Positions 11,675 to 20,205 of a stretch of DNA of 47,442 bases are shown here, one piece after another (the first letter of the stretch is position 1; each line of letters begins with the position of its first letter). Under the pieces are notes generated by a model. That model made no database searches. It was not told the DNA's origin and worked only from the letters and a program-made list of their open reading frames with translations. Source of the DNA: Candidatus Hydrogenedentota bacterium (GTDB taxonomy: Bacteria > Hydrogenedentota > Hydrogenedentia > Hydrogenedentales > GCA-2746185); assembly GCA_046583315.1 (NCBI GenBank), contig JAYGCN010000313.1, positions 1-47,442 on the forward strand, written 5' to 3'. The position numbers and the translations under genes were made by a program.

Positions 11675-12928
11675 ATGAAAAAGAGTATCACTCTTGCTGC
11701 GCTGTTGGGAGCGTTTTCGATTGCCCCTTTTGCTGCAGCTGAAGTCCCCGCGCGTCCCACATTTACGAAAGACGTGCTGCCGATCATGCAGAAGAACTGT
11801 CAGAAATGTCACCGTACCCAGCCGATGAAGATGTCTGGTTTGACGGCGCCGTTTTCGCTGACGAATTATGAAGAAGCGCGTCCCTGGGCGAAGGCGATTG
11901 CCAAGCAGGTCGCAAGTAAATCCATGCCGCCGTGGTTCGCCTCCGACGAATTCAAAGGCGTGTTTCGCAACGACCGTTCGTTGGAGCAGGATGAAATCGA
12001 TACTATCGTGCGCTGGGTCGAGCAAGGAGCCAAGCGCGGCAATCCTTCCGATGCGCCTGAGCCTATCTCCTTTCCGAGTCGCGAGTGGTGGTTGGGCGAG
12101 CCTGATTTGATTGTACCTCTTCCCGAGAAAGTCTGGGTCAGTGACGACGTTGAAGATTGGCAGCCGATGATTCCGGTGAAATTAACCAAAGAACAGATGC
12201 CTGAAAATCGCTGGCTCAAAACGGTTGAAGCACAAGGCGACGCCAGCAGCGTGCACCACATTGTGGTCTACACAAACAACCCGCATCAGACGATTCGCAC
12301 CGAAGCGGGCGGCCAGTTGGGGTACGGCAATATCGGTGGACTCGCTCCAGGTGCTGAACCCGCCTATATCCAGGAAGGCTACGGTATCGAGCTTCAGAAA
12401 GAATCATTGCTGCGCATCAGCATGCACTACCATAAAGAACCAGGCCCTGGTACAGGCGAATGGGATCAGTCTCGCTTGGGACTCTTCTTCTATGACAAAG
12501 ACGAGGATGTGATTCCGATCAACATCGAACCCATTGGTAATCTTCGTTTCGAGATTCCGCCGCATGCCAAAGCGCATAAAGTGGCGATGCAGCATACCTT
12601 TGATCGTCCCTTCGAAGTGCTGAATTTCCTGCCGCACATGCATCTGCGTGGTGTTGCTGCGAAATACACGGCGACGTATCCTGATGGCACAAAAGAAGTG
12701 GTGTTGGATGTGCCGCGTTACGATTACGCGTGGCAGCTATATTACCAGTATCCCGAGCCGAAGCAGTTCCCGGCCGGCACGACCATTGCCGTGGAAATGA
12801 CCTTCGACAACTCGGCGGAGAATCCGAATAATCCGGATCCAGACAAAGCGATTCGCTTTGGGGGCAGCACGACCGACGAGATGGCGCTGGGTTGGATGTC
12901 GTACAGCTGGACGGACCTCACGGACTAA
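11675..12928 (+). CDS. Secreted cytochrome c / copper type II (PHM/DBH-like) monooxygenase-like protein
   Basis: RBS AGGAG; signal peptide; CQKCH and MPPW; HH (VHHIV), MHYH, PHMH and DEM as candidate copper ligands. Confidence 0.75.
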   Translation: MKKSITLAALLGAFSIAPFAAAEVPARPTFTKDVLPIMQKNCQKCHRTQPMKMSGLTAPFSLTNYEEARPWAKAIAKQVASKSMPPWFASDEFKGVFRNDRSLEQDEIDTIVRWVEQGAKRGNPSDAPEPISFPSREWWLGEPDLIVPLPEKVWVSDDVEDWQPMIPVKLTKEQMPENRWLKTVEAQGDASSVHHIVVYTNNPHQTIRTEAGGQLGYGNIGGLAPGAEPAYIQEGYGIELQKESLLRISMHYHKEPGPGTGEWDQSRLGLFFYDKDEDVIPINIEPIGNLRFEIPPHAKAHKVAMQHTFDRPFEVLNFLPHMHLRGVAAKYTATYPDGTKEVVLDVPRYDYAWQLYYQYPEPKQFPAGTTIAVEMTFDNSAENPNNPDPDKAIRFGGSTTDEMALGWMSYSWTDLTD

Positions 12929-12959
12929 ATAACCAAATAGATACACTCTAGAAATACAC

Positions 12960-13004
12960 GATTCCTCGAAGTGCCGCTTGGTGCTTCGGGGAATCTTTTT
13001 GTTT
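12960..13004 (+). terminator. Rho-independent terminator
   Basis: GATTCCTCGAAGTGCC-GCTT-GGTGCTTCGGGGAATC hairpin followed by TTTTTGTTT, between convergent genes. Confidence 0.8.
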
Positions 13005-13013
13005 GCGCGGCAC

Positions 13014-14027
13014 TTACTCCGTGGAGGTATCTTCCCACGGACCCAGAGTATCGTAAATCAACTGACCGACTTCCTTGTTCAGTTCGGCGTTGGGGTGGCC
13101 GTCCATTGTGTTGATGACCATACTCGCCGCTCTTCTATCCGAGAGGTGTTGCGAAAGATCGAGATGGGGTATCTGGTTGTCGGTCATCCACCGGGCTACC
13201 TTGTCGGTCATGGGTTGCGTTTTGCTCACATCGAAAAGTAGCGGCCATAGAACGAATGAGACCGAGGCATCTTGTTCTTCGGCATAATCCACAATGGCCT
13301 GCAATTCGTCCGTATGCGTATCCCAAATTTCCGGATCGTTGTACGCCTCCTCCAAAAATTCCCAGTACGAATTGATTTGATCGCGCCGCGCCATTCTCCA
13401 ATACAAATGATTGGCGGCGTAGAATCGATTCACGACAGGGCGCAACACGGGATTCGTAACGGGCACTGTGTCGCTGTCCGATCGAAGGTCGTGTTTTTCT
13501 GCCGCAGTATGAATATCGTTGGGATAATACGAAACGATGATGTGGTTGGGTTTGGCGGTATGTTCGCGCAGTGCCTCCAACTCCTCCTTCGGACCCCATC
13601 CATTTTGTGCGACGACCGCAACGGTCCAATCCGCCCCTAGATGGGTGTTCAGATGGCTCGCGAAACGCTGCTCAATGTGTTTGATTCCGTGTCCGGCCGC
13701 AAAGGAGTCTCCGGTAACCAGAACAATGTTCTCCTTCCAGTCGTGCTCATAATCCCGATACCCGGCATCGTTTATCGGCTTCCAATAGGTATCAAACCAC
13801 TTCCTGGACGACAAGGTAAAGCCAAAACCGTCGGACTGAATCATGAAGGTTGCAAAGAAAAACTCGACCGTGCAGAGGAGGAAGGTGGTGGTGAAAAATG
13901 AGATGGAAAGATCCCGGGTCAGGTTTCGTGTTTTCGAGGGTTCATTCCAAAACCTGCGAAGACCAACGATCGTGATCACCAGCGCAACAATCAGCAAGAA
14001 CAACACCTTGATTAAGGAGGAATGCAT
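13014..14027 (-). CDS. Membrane-anchored SGNH/GDSL hydrolase
   Basis: Two N-terminal TM segments, GDSFAAG, YYPND, MDGHPN. Confidence 0.8.
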   Translation of the reverse strand: MHSSLIKVLFLLIVALVITIVGLRRFWNEPSKTRNLTRDLSISFFTTTFLLCTVEFFFATFMIQSDGFGFTLSSRKWFDTYWKPINDAGYRDYEHDWKENIVLVTGDSFAAGHGIKHIEQRFASHLNTHLGADWTVAVVAQNGWGPKEELEALREHTAKPNHIIVSYYPNDIHTAAEKHDLRSDSDTVPVTNPVLRPVVNRFYAANHLYWRMARRDQINSYWEFLEEAYNDPEIWDTHTDELQAIVDYAEEQDASVSFVLWPLLFDVSKTQPMTDKVARWMTDNQIPHLDLSQHLSDRRAASMVINTMDGHPNAELNKEVGQLIYDTLGPWEDTSTE

Positions 14028-14031
14028 GGAG

Positions 14032-15393
14032 TTATTCGTACTCCCATTTGGAAATCCAGGGATCGTTCGTATTTTTCTGATACGTCTTCAGTTTTTCCTT
14101 CATGATGGAAATACGATCCGCGTGCTCGGGTGAATCGATCATATTATTGATTTCATCGGGGTCAGCCTCCAGGTCATAAAACTCGAATTTCGCGCGATGA
14201 ATATGCGATTCGACCGAACGTTTTCCGTACACGGCATCCCCTCGTCGCAATACGCCCTGCCACGTGTCCGAGGCATAGAGATCCGACGCGAAAGGAAAGG
14301 GAAGGCCGTGCGCAATATTCCAGATGAGTTTGTAACGGCGTTCTCGGAGCACGCGCACGGGGTAATACTTGGTGATTTCATGAAAGGTGTGCGACAGGAA
14401 TACTTCATCACGCGGTGAGGTCTCTGGATTCGCAACGTGATCCAGAAATGATCGCCCGTGAATGTTTTTTGGGTCGTACCTTAGCTTCGTAAAATCCAGA
14501 ATGGTCGGAAGAAGATCCGCGTAGGTAATCATCGCGTCGGAAGTTCTCGGCGGAGATACTGTGTCCGGATTACGCACAACGCAGGGTAACCGAACGCCTG
14601 GTTCATACATATTCGTCTTGGCTCCAGGAAAGGCAATGCCGTTGTCGCTGATGTAGATGATGAGCGTGTCGTCCCAATGTCCGCTCGATTTCAGAATTTC
14701 GATCAGCCGAAGCAGACCACTGTCCGCACGTTCTACGGACATATAGTAACGCGCGAGTTCGGCGCGGGACTCTGGTGTGTCGGGCAAGTAATCTGGAACG
14801 ATTACCTCCTCGGGGGATATCGGTTTTGAGCCCTCATTCTTGAAGGGTCGATGTGGCTCGGTCGTGCAGAAATACAAGAAGAAGGGTTGATCGCTATCCG
14901 CTTCGATGAGCGGTCGTGATTCTTCGGCCATTTTTACCGGTGCTTTTACACCCAGTTTTTTATCAAAGGGGTATGCGCTTTCCGGAGCGACGTGAAATTT
15001 CCCCACAGACCATGTTCGATATCCCGCCTCTCCCAAGTGTTTCGGAAGGGTCTTGATGGTATCGAAGGTTTTGAAATGATGAAAACTGTGCGCGTGACCA
15101 TATTGCCCGTTGGCGTGATTGTAACGTCCCGACAGGATTACCGAACGGCTCGCGCTACACGAAGGGGTGGTGCAATAGGCGTGCGTCATCTGAGTACCCG
15201 CTGCGGCCAGGGTGTCGAGTCCCGGAGTGTGAATGATGGAATTCCCCATACATCCGGCATCATTGATACCTTGATCGTCGACAACGTACAGGATCACGTT
15301 TCGTTTCTGAACATCCGCGTTGGAGTATATCGGTTGCAGAATCAGAAATGTGGCTACCCAGATATACCTAGAATATTTTGACATCGAAACCAT
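14032..15393 (-). CDS. Sulfatase (N-sulfoglucosamine sulfohydrolase-like)
   Basis: NVILYVVDD, CSASRSVILSGRY, GKFHV, EPHRPF, ISDNG..FPGAK, YDLEADPDE. Confidence 0.9.
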   Translation of the reverse strand: MVSMSKYSRYIWVATFLILQPIYSNADVQKRNVILYVVDDQGINDAGCMGNSIIHTPGLDTLAAAGTQMTHAYCTTPSCSASRSVILSGRYNHANGQYGHAHSFHHFKTFDTIKTLPKHLGEAGYRTWSVGKFHVAPESAYPFDKKLGVKAPVKMAEESRPLIEADSDQPFFLYFCTTEPHRPFKNEGSKPISPEEVIVPDYLPDTPESRAELARYYMSVERADSGLLRLIEILKSSGHWDDTLIIYISDNGIAFPGAKTNMYEPGVRLPCVVRNPDTVSPPRTSDAMITYADLLPTILDFTKLRYDPKNIHGRSFLDHVANPETSPRDEVFLSHTFHEITKYYPVRVLRERRYKLIWNIAHGLPFPFASDLYASDTWQGVLRRGDAVYGKRSVESHIHRAKFEFYDLEADPDEINNMIDSPEHADRISIMKEKLKTYQKNTNDPWISKWEYE

Positions 15394-15675
15394 CGGGATT
15401 TCCTTTTAGGTCCATGGAAAATGTATCAAAGCGCGCGGAAAAGCGCAACAGGTTAGCCGATGGGATACTGGTCCAAGCCCACTTAGGGTATCAGTCTTTA
15501 AGTTGGTATACCATTGAGCCAGACATGGAGTACTCTTCCTGAATAGACTGCAGACTCTTGATTTTATTTTGAACGTGAGCCTATACTGTAAATGTATGCA
15601 AACCCTATTTCACCGGACCTGGCGACACGATGTCGTTGCTCAGACAGCAGGGCTTGGGATGAGAGGCATGGCCCT

Positions 15676-17400
15676 GTGAGCATTGAGCAGCGAATACGCG
15701 CGTGGGGTCCTGAACTCGTCACGGGTTTCCTCCTGATATTGGCTACCGTCTCGGTGTACGCTCAAATATATAGACATGAATTCATCAATTTCGACGATAA
15801 CCTCTATGTATTGGATAATCCGTACATAAACCAGGGCTTGTCATTCGAGAGTATGATCTGGGCCTTCACAACGCCGCACGTATACAACTGGCATCCGCTC
15901 ACCTCCATCTCCCACATGATAGACTGCTCATTATTCGGGCTGGATGCTGGTGCGCACCATCTCATGAATCTAGCCATACATCTGGTCAATACCGCATTGC
16001 TCTTCTGGATTCTTCGCGTCTCCACAGGTCGATTCCTGCCAACGGTATTCGTCGCGGCACTGTTCGCGCTTCATCCGCTACACGTCGAATCCGTGGCTTG
16101 GGCATCAGAGCGTAAAGACACGCTCAGCGCCTTCTTCGGCTTCGTTACCATTTTGACGTATATACGTTACTCGGCTAAGCCTTCGATAAAGCGGTATGTG
16201 CTCGTTTTCGTTCCGTTCATACTCGGACTCATGAGCAAACAAATGCTCGTGACGTGGCCATTTGTGCTGCTGTTACTCGATTATTGGCCCTTACAACGTA
16301 TCGGGACGAATGGTGGCGCAGCGCCGCAACTCTCAAAGAGTCCGTCGATATCCTTAACCCATAGTGTAGTCGAAAAAATCCCTTTCTTGTTCATATCGAT
16401 CGTCGCAAGCGTTGTCGTCTATATGGTGCAATCGGAATCGGGCATGACGCAAAGTTCCGAATACGCTGGATTCGCGTCTCGCGTTCAGAATTCGTTCGTC
16501 AGTTACGTGACCTATCTTTCACAAACTGTGTGGCCTGCGAATTTGGCCGTATTCTATCCTCACCCTGGCGACTCAATACCGATTTGGAAAACGCTGGCCT
16601 CGATTACTTTTCTTGCAACTGTGAGTGCTACGGTTATTCTACTAAGAAAGCGTCGATATTATCTTATGGGATGGCTTTGGTATTTGGGAACGCTGGTTCC
16701 GGTAATCGGACTCGTACAGGTAGGGTTACAGGCCCACGCTGATCGCTACACCTATCTTCCGCTCATTGGGTTGTTTATCATGCTCGCTTTTGCACTCGAC
16801 GATGCATTCAAGCGGGCTCGACTCACCTGTTCCGTAAGCATGCTTGTGGTTATCGGAATATTACTTCCTGTCACCTGGATTCAAGTCGGTTATTGGCGAA
16901 GCAGTGATACTATTTTCAGACACGCACTCAATTCCACTCAAAACAATTATTGGGCACACAATGCGCTGGGTTTTACTCTGTACAGGGAGGGGTATTTTGA
17001 AACCGCCGAGGTTCACTTTAGGAACGCCGTCACTATCCGCCCCAGCTACGCCGATGCTCGATTTAACTTGGCCGTAATTATGGAAAGCACAAATAGACCT
17101 ATGGAAGCCATCGAAGTCTACCTGGAAACGATTCGATATAATGCGAACCATAGAGGGGCAAACTACAATATTGCCAATCTTCTCATACGTAAGGGTAGTC
17201 CTCAAGATGCGGTTTCTTATTACGAGACCGTGTTGTCCATCGATCCGGGTCACTCAGGCGCGCACGTGGGACTTGGGGTGGCGTCCAACCAACTCGGCCG
17301 TCGTGAAGATGCTCTGTACCATTTTAGAGAGGCCTATCGAATTGATCCCGATAACGAGCAGGCGCTAAATAACTTGAGTTTATTAGAGGGGCAGGAGTAA
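15676..17400 (+). CDS. TMTC-like membrane glycosyltransferase (GT-C fold) with C-terminal TPRs
   Basis: FINFDDNLYV, WHPLT, ALFALHPLHVESVAWASERKD, ADRYTYLP, multiple TM segments, then TPR repeats. The ORF is open from 15592; GTG 15676 has RBS GAGAGG. Confidence 0.8.
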   Translation: MSIEQRIRAWGPELVTGFLLILATVSVYAQIYRHEFINFDDNLYVLDNPYINQGLSFESMIWAFTTPHVYNWHPLTSISHMIDCSLFGLDAGAHHLMNLAIHLVNTALLFWILRVSTGRFLPTVFVAALFALHPLHVESVAWASERKDTLSAFFGFVTILTYIRYSAKPSIKRYVLVFVPFILGLMSKQMLVTWPFVLLLLDYWPLQRIGTNGGAAPQLSKSPSISLTHSVVEKIPFLFISIVASVVVYMVQSESGMTQSSEYAGFASRVQNSFVSYVTYLSQTVWPANLAVFYPHPGDSIPIWKTLASITFLATVSATVILLRKRRYYLMGWLWYLGTLVPVIGLVQVGLQAHADRYTYLPLIGLFIMLAFALDDAFKRARLTCSVSMLVVIGILLPVTWIQVGYWRSSDTIFRHALNSTQNNYWAHNALGFTLYREGYFETAEVHFRNAVTIRPSYADARFNLAVIMESTNRPMEAIEVYLETIRYNANHRGANYNIANLLIRKGSPQDAVSYYETVLSIDPGHSGAHVGLGVASNQLGRREDALYHFREAYRIDPDNEQALNNLSLLEGQE

Positions 17401-17429
17401 TAGAATTTACGGAAGTAGAGGGGTTTTTT

Positions 17430-17903
17430 ATGTCGAATGAAGTTGATTATCTAGTGACCGAGGAAGATACTGTCGCAGCACTACGACTCCACTGGAAGCC
17501 GACCCGCGTCATTCAATCATTTCAAATATTTATCGGGGTGTGGGTGGTGATCCTGGCTTTTGTGGGTCCTACGAATACAATCAAGATACTCGCGCTCAGC
17601 TGCATTGGTTTTTATATATTAACGCGGAAATTTCTTGGCCCGTATATACAACGACGCACGTATCGAAAATATAAGTTGCTTCAAGAGCCGGTTTCTCTAT
17701 CCTTTGACGCAGACGGTGTGAAATTCGTTGCTCAATCTTATAATACCGCGATCACCTGGAAACACCTTGTGCGTTGGAAGGACAACGATCGGTTTATTTT
17801 GTTGTACGTATCCCCGCGCCAATATTACGTGATCCCGAAACGGATCGGTGACGATGGATTTGATGTGGAAGGGTTAATTGAAACACTTCGATCTTCGTTT
17901 TAG
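17430..17903 (+). CDS. YcxB-like membrane protein
   Basis: Two TM segments then ITWKHL...FILLYV....YYVIPKR; stop overlaps the dnaN stop. Confidence 0.75.
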   Translation: MSNEVDYLVTEEDTVAALRLHWKPTRVIQSFQIFIGVWVVILAFVGPTNTIKILALSCIGFYILTRKFLGPYIQRRTYRKYKLLQEPVSLSFDADGVKFVAQSYNTAITWKHLVRWKDNDRFILLYVSPRQYYVIPKRIGDDGFDVEGLIETLRSSF

Positions 17904-19015
17904 ATCCGAATCGGCATCACGACGTTGATGTATTCAGTACCTTTAGCCTCTTCTTCATCATCACAAGGTCGAATCACACCTGGACTCATTGAGTCTTTCA
18001 GAACCAATTTTGACTGTTCTGTTGTGATCTGTTTTAAGACATCGAGAACAAAATCCGGATTAAACGCGATTTCCAACTCATCACCTGAATAATCCAGGGG
18101 GAGATCTTCTTCATATTCTCCAACCTCAGGGGTGGACACCAGTAATTTTAACTGGTTATCGGAAATCTGTAGTCGAACGGAGTTAAATTTATCATTGGTC
18201 ATGGTACGTGTGCGCCGAATGGCTTCGATAAACTGAGCGGTAGACACTAGTGCCTCTTTATCGTGATTTTTAGGCACGACCATCTCGTAATTCGGAAATG
18301 TCCCCTCTATAAGCGCCGTAACGAGACGTAGGGAGCCAAACGAGAAACCAGCCTGGCTTTCCCCTATAAGAATGCTCACATCCCCCTCATCCCCTAAGAG
18401 GCGCGCCAGTTCGTGAATCATTTTCCCTGGCACAATCACCTTAATATCAATTCCATCCATAATACCTTCGGATTGTTTCACCAGGCTCATGCGACGCCCA
18501 TCGGTCGCGACAGCCGTTAATACCCCACCTTTTATTTCAATTAGTAGACCTGTTAGATTATAGCGAGCTTGGTCGGTGCAGATGGCGAATGATGTTCGCT
18601 GGAATAATTCCCCAAGAACGCTCTGCGGAAGAATTAGTGGTTCAATACCTTCAAAATCCCGCACTGGCGGAAATTCGTCCGGGGACATGCTGTAGAGCTT
18701 TGTGTGTATCTTCCCACACTCAAGACGGACCACGTTACTGTCTTCAAGCTCAAGAACGATGTCCGCTTCAGGCAGCTCGCCGAGAATCGAGGATATCCGT
18801 TGTGAGGAAATGGTAAGGGAGCCTTCTTTTTCAACTGTACACTCGACCGTGCACTCGATACTGACCTTGAGATCCGTTGCAGACAATTGAACAGAATTCT
18901 CTGTTGCCTCAAAAAGAATATGCGATAGAATCGGAAGTGCGGACTTTGCAGATACAATTGTTTTAACTTTATTGACAGCGTCCAGCAAGTCCGATTTTGG
19001 AATTACAACTTTCAT
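17900..19015 (-). CDS. dnaN: DNA polymerase III beta clamp
   Basis: LPILSHIL, ATDLKVSI, ARYNLTG, VATDGRRM, LIEGTFPNY, IAFNPDFVLD, VVMPIRI; 371 aa. Confidence 0.98.
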   Translation of the reverse strand: MKVVIPKSDLLDAVNKVKTIVSAKSALPILSHILFEATENSVQLSATDLKVSIECTVECTVEKEGSLTISSQRISSILGELPEADIVLELEDSNVVRLECGKIHTKLYSMSPDEFPPVRDFEGIEPLILPQSVLGELFQRTSFAICTDQARYNLTGLLIEIKGGVLTAVATDGRRMSLVKQSEGIMDGIDIKVIVPGKMIHELARLLGDEGDVSILIGESQAGFSFGSLRLVTALIEGTFPNYEMVVPKNHDKEALVSTAQFIEAIRRTRTMTNDKFNSVRLQISDNQLKLLVSTPEVGEYEEDLPLDYSGDELEIAFNPDFVLDVLKQITTEQSKLVLKDSMSPGVIRPCDDEEEAKGTEYINVVMPIRI

Positions 19016-19030
19016 TTAACATCCCCCGAG

Positions 19031-19299
19031 TTATACACCCTTAGGTTCTAACTATATATATATATAAAGTACGTAGTCGTAGTCGTAAGGACCTGTATAG
19101 CGTGGATAATGATACTAACTACAATCAAAACAAGCAGTTACACCCGTGATGAATTGTGAGTATTAATTCCACTATTTCCACACGGCTAACATCCAGCCTC
19201 AACGAGCGTGTACTTTGCTGTATCGCGTGTGGAAAAAACGAGGATTTAGAACCCGTATCCACAGCCTTAATCCACATACACACACCGCTTCGTGGATAA
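19031..19299. other. Probable chromosomal replication origin (oriC)
   Basis: DnaA-box matches at 19031-39, 19101-09, 19174-82, 19228-36 (TTTTCCACA), 19255-63, 19268-76 and 19291-99; (TA)7 at 19053-66; trinucleotide repeats at 19074-88; GGACC spacer at 19089-93. Confidence 0.85.
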
Positions 19300-19327
19300 C
19301 GTTCTGGTGTATTTATACGATGCGCTC

Positions 19328-19356
19328 ATGCTAGCAGAGCGTGAACCCAATTACAA
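19328..19356 (-). promoter_or_regulatory. Candidate dnaN promoter reading across the DnaA boxes
   Basis: Minus strand TTGTAA-17 nt-TAGCAT with TGn extension. Confidence 0.4.
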
Positions 19357-19363
19357 GGCCGTT

Positions 19364-19404
19364 AAACAAAGGAAGGGCAGGTATGTCTCTCGACATTCCT
19401 GCCC
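19364..19404 (-). terminator. Rho-independent terminator of the small secreted protein gene
   Basis: Minus strand GGGCAGGAATGTC-GAGA-GACATACCTGCCC followed by TTCCTTTGTTT. Confidence 0.75.
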
Positions 19405-19480
19405 AAAAAATTAGAATCATTATCAAATATATTCCAACAAATATTGCAGAATTTACTTGCTTTAATGATTACCTTTCAAT

Positions 19481-19876
19481 TTACTGAATTTCAAGGTTGT
19501 GTGCGAATGAACCGGAAGCAGCAATCTGAACGTAACGTCCAGCTGCAGAACCACCGCTTGTGGCAAAGGTAATAGAACCAAAGCCATACGGAGCAACACT
19601 AGGTCGCTTCGGCGTAGAGTTACCCGTCGTGTAAGGCTGGAAAGAAATACTTTCTCCAGCATTCAACGTAAGAGTACCACCACTTGCTGCAGAACCACCG
19701 CTAGCATCAAGGTACGATGTCGTAACAACGATCGATGATGTGCCAGTGTTCTGAAGACCAACGAAGGCACTGATGCCGTTCGTATCCGCAAAGAACGGAA
19801 TGGAAATGGTCTGCTGTGCCATCGCGAATCCAGTGGAAACGGTCATCACGCAAGCTAAAATAGCCAATTTTTTCAT
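19481..19876 (-). CDS. Small secreted Ser/Thr/Gly-rich hypothetical protein (131 aa, predicted beta-rich)
   Basis: SD AGGAGGT 7 nt before ATG 19876; signal peptide MKKLAILACVMTVSTGFAMA; alternating beta-strand patterns. Confidence 0.85.
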   Translation of the reverse strand: MKKLAILACVMTVSTGFAMAQQTISIPFFADTNGISAFVGLQNTGTSSIVVTTSYLDASGGSAASGGTLTLNAGESISFQPYTTGNSTPKRPSVAPYGFGSITFATSGGSAAGRYVQIAASGSFAHNLEIQ

Positions 19877-19905
19877 TAATTTCACCTCCTTCTTTATTGG
19901 ATTAT

Positions 19906-20104
19906 GCGATTGATTGAATACAAATTAAGATGAGAAACAAACAAGGTGACTGTTTGAACCGACCCCTTTGGCGCCCCGACAATACCCAAAACTACACTGT
20001 AATTCTAGAATATTACCGCCTTCAGAGCATGATCCAAGCACCGTCTACTCCTCCCCAAAATATGTAATGACAGGTCAACAAGACATGACTCAATCAAATT
20101 CCGC
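19906..20104 (-). ncRNA. Structured ~200-nt 5' leader (long rod-like hairpin)
   Basis: Nested complementary segments with many G-U pairs on the minus strand, starting at the predicted transcription start (see findings). Confidence 0.55.
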
Positions 20105-20111
20105 AGACTGG

Positions 20112-20140
20112 AGAATACCATAACAAAATGTATCTGTCAA
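20112..20140 (-). promoter_or_regulatory. Strong sigma70 promoter
   Basis: Minus strand TTGACA-17 nt-TATTCT with extended -10 TG. Confidence 0.8.
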
Positions 20141-20205
20141 CCCGTCACCGTTGCCGGATACTGGGATTATTACCAATAATACTGGTGTTTCTCGGCATAT
20201 ACGAG

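Noticed and set aside
19053..19088. (TA)7 and GTAGTC repeats as a contingency microsatellite or CRISPR remnant
   Set aside because: Position beside DnaA boxes fits the origin unwinding element; no repeat-spacer structure.
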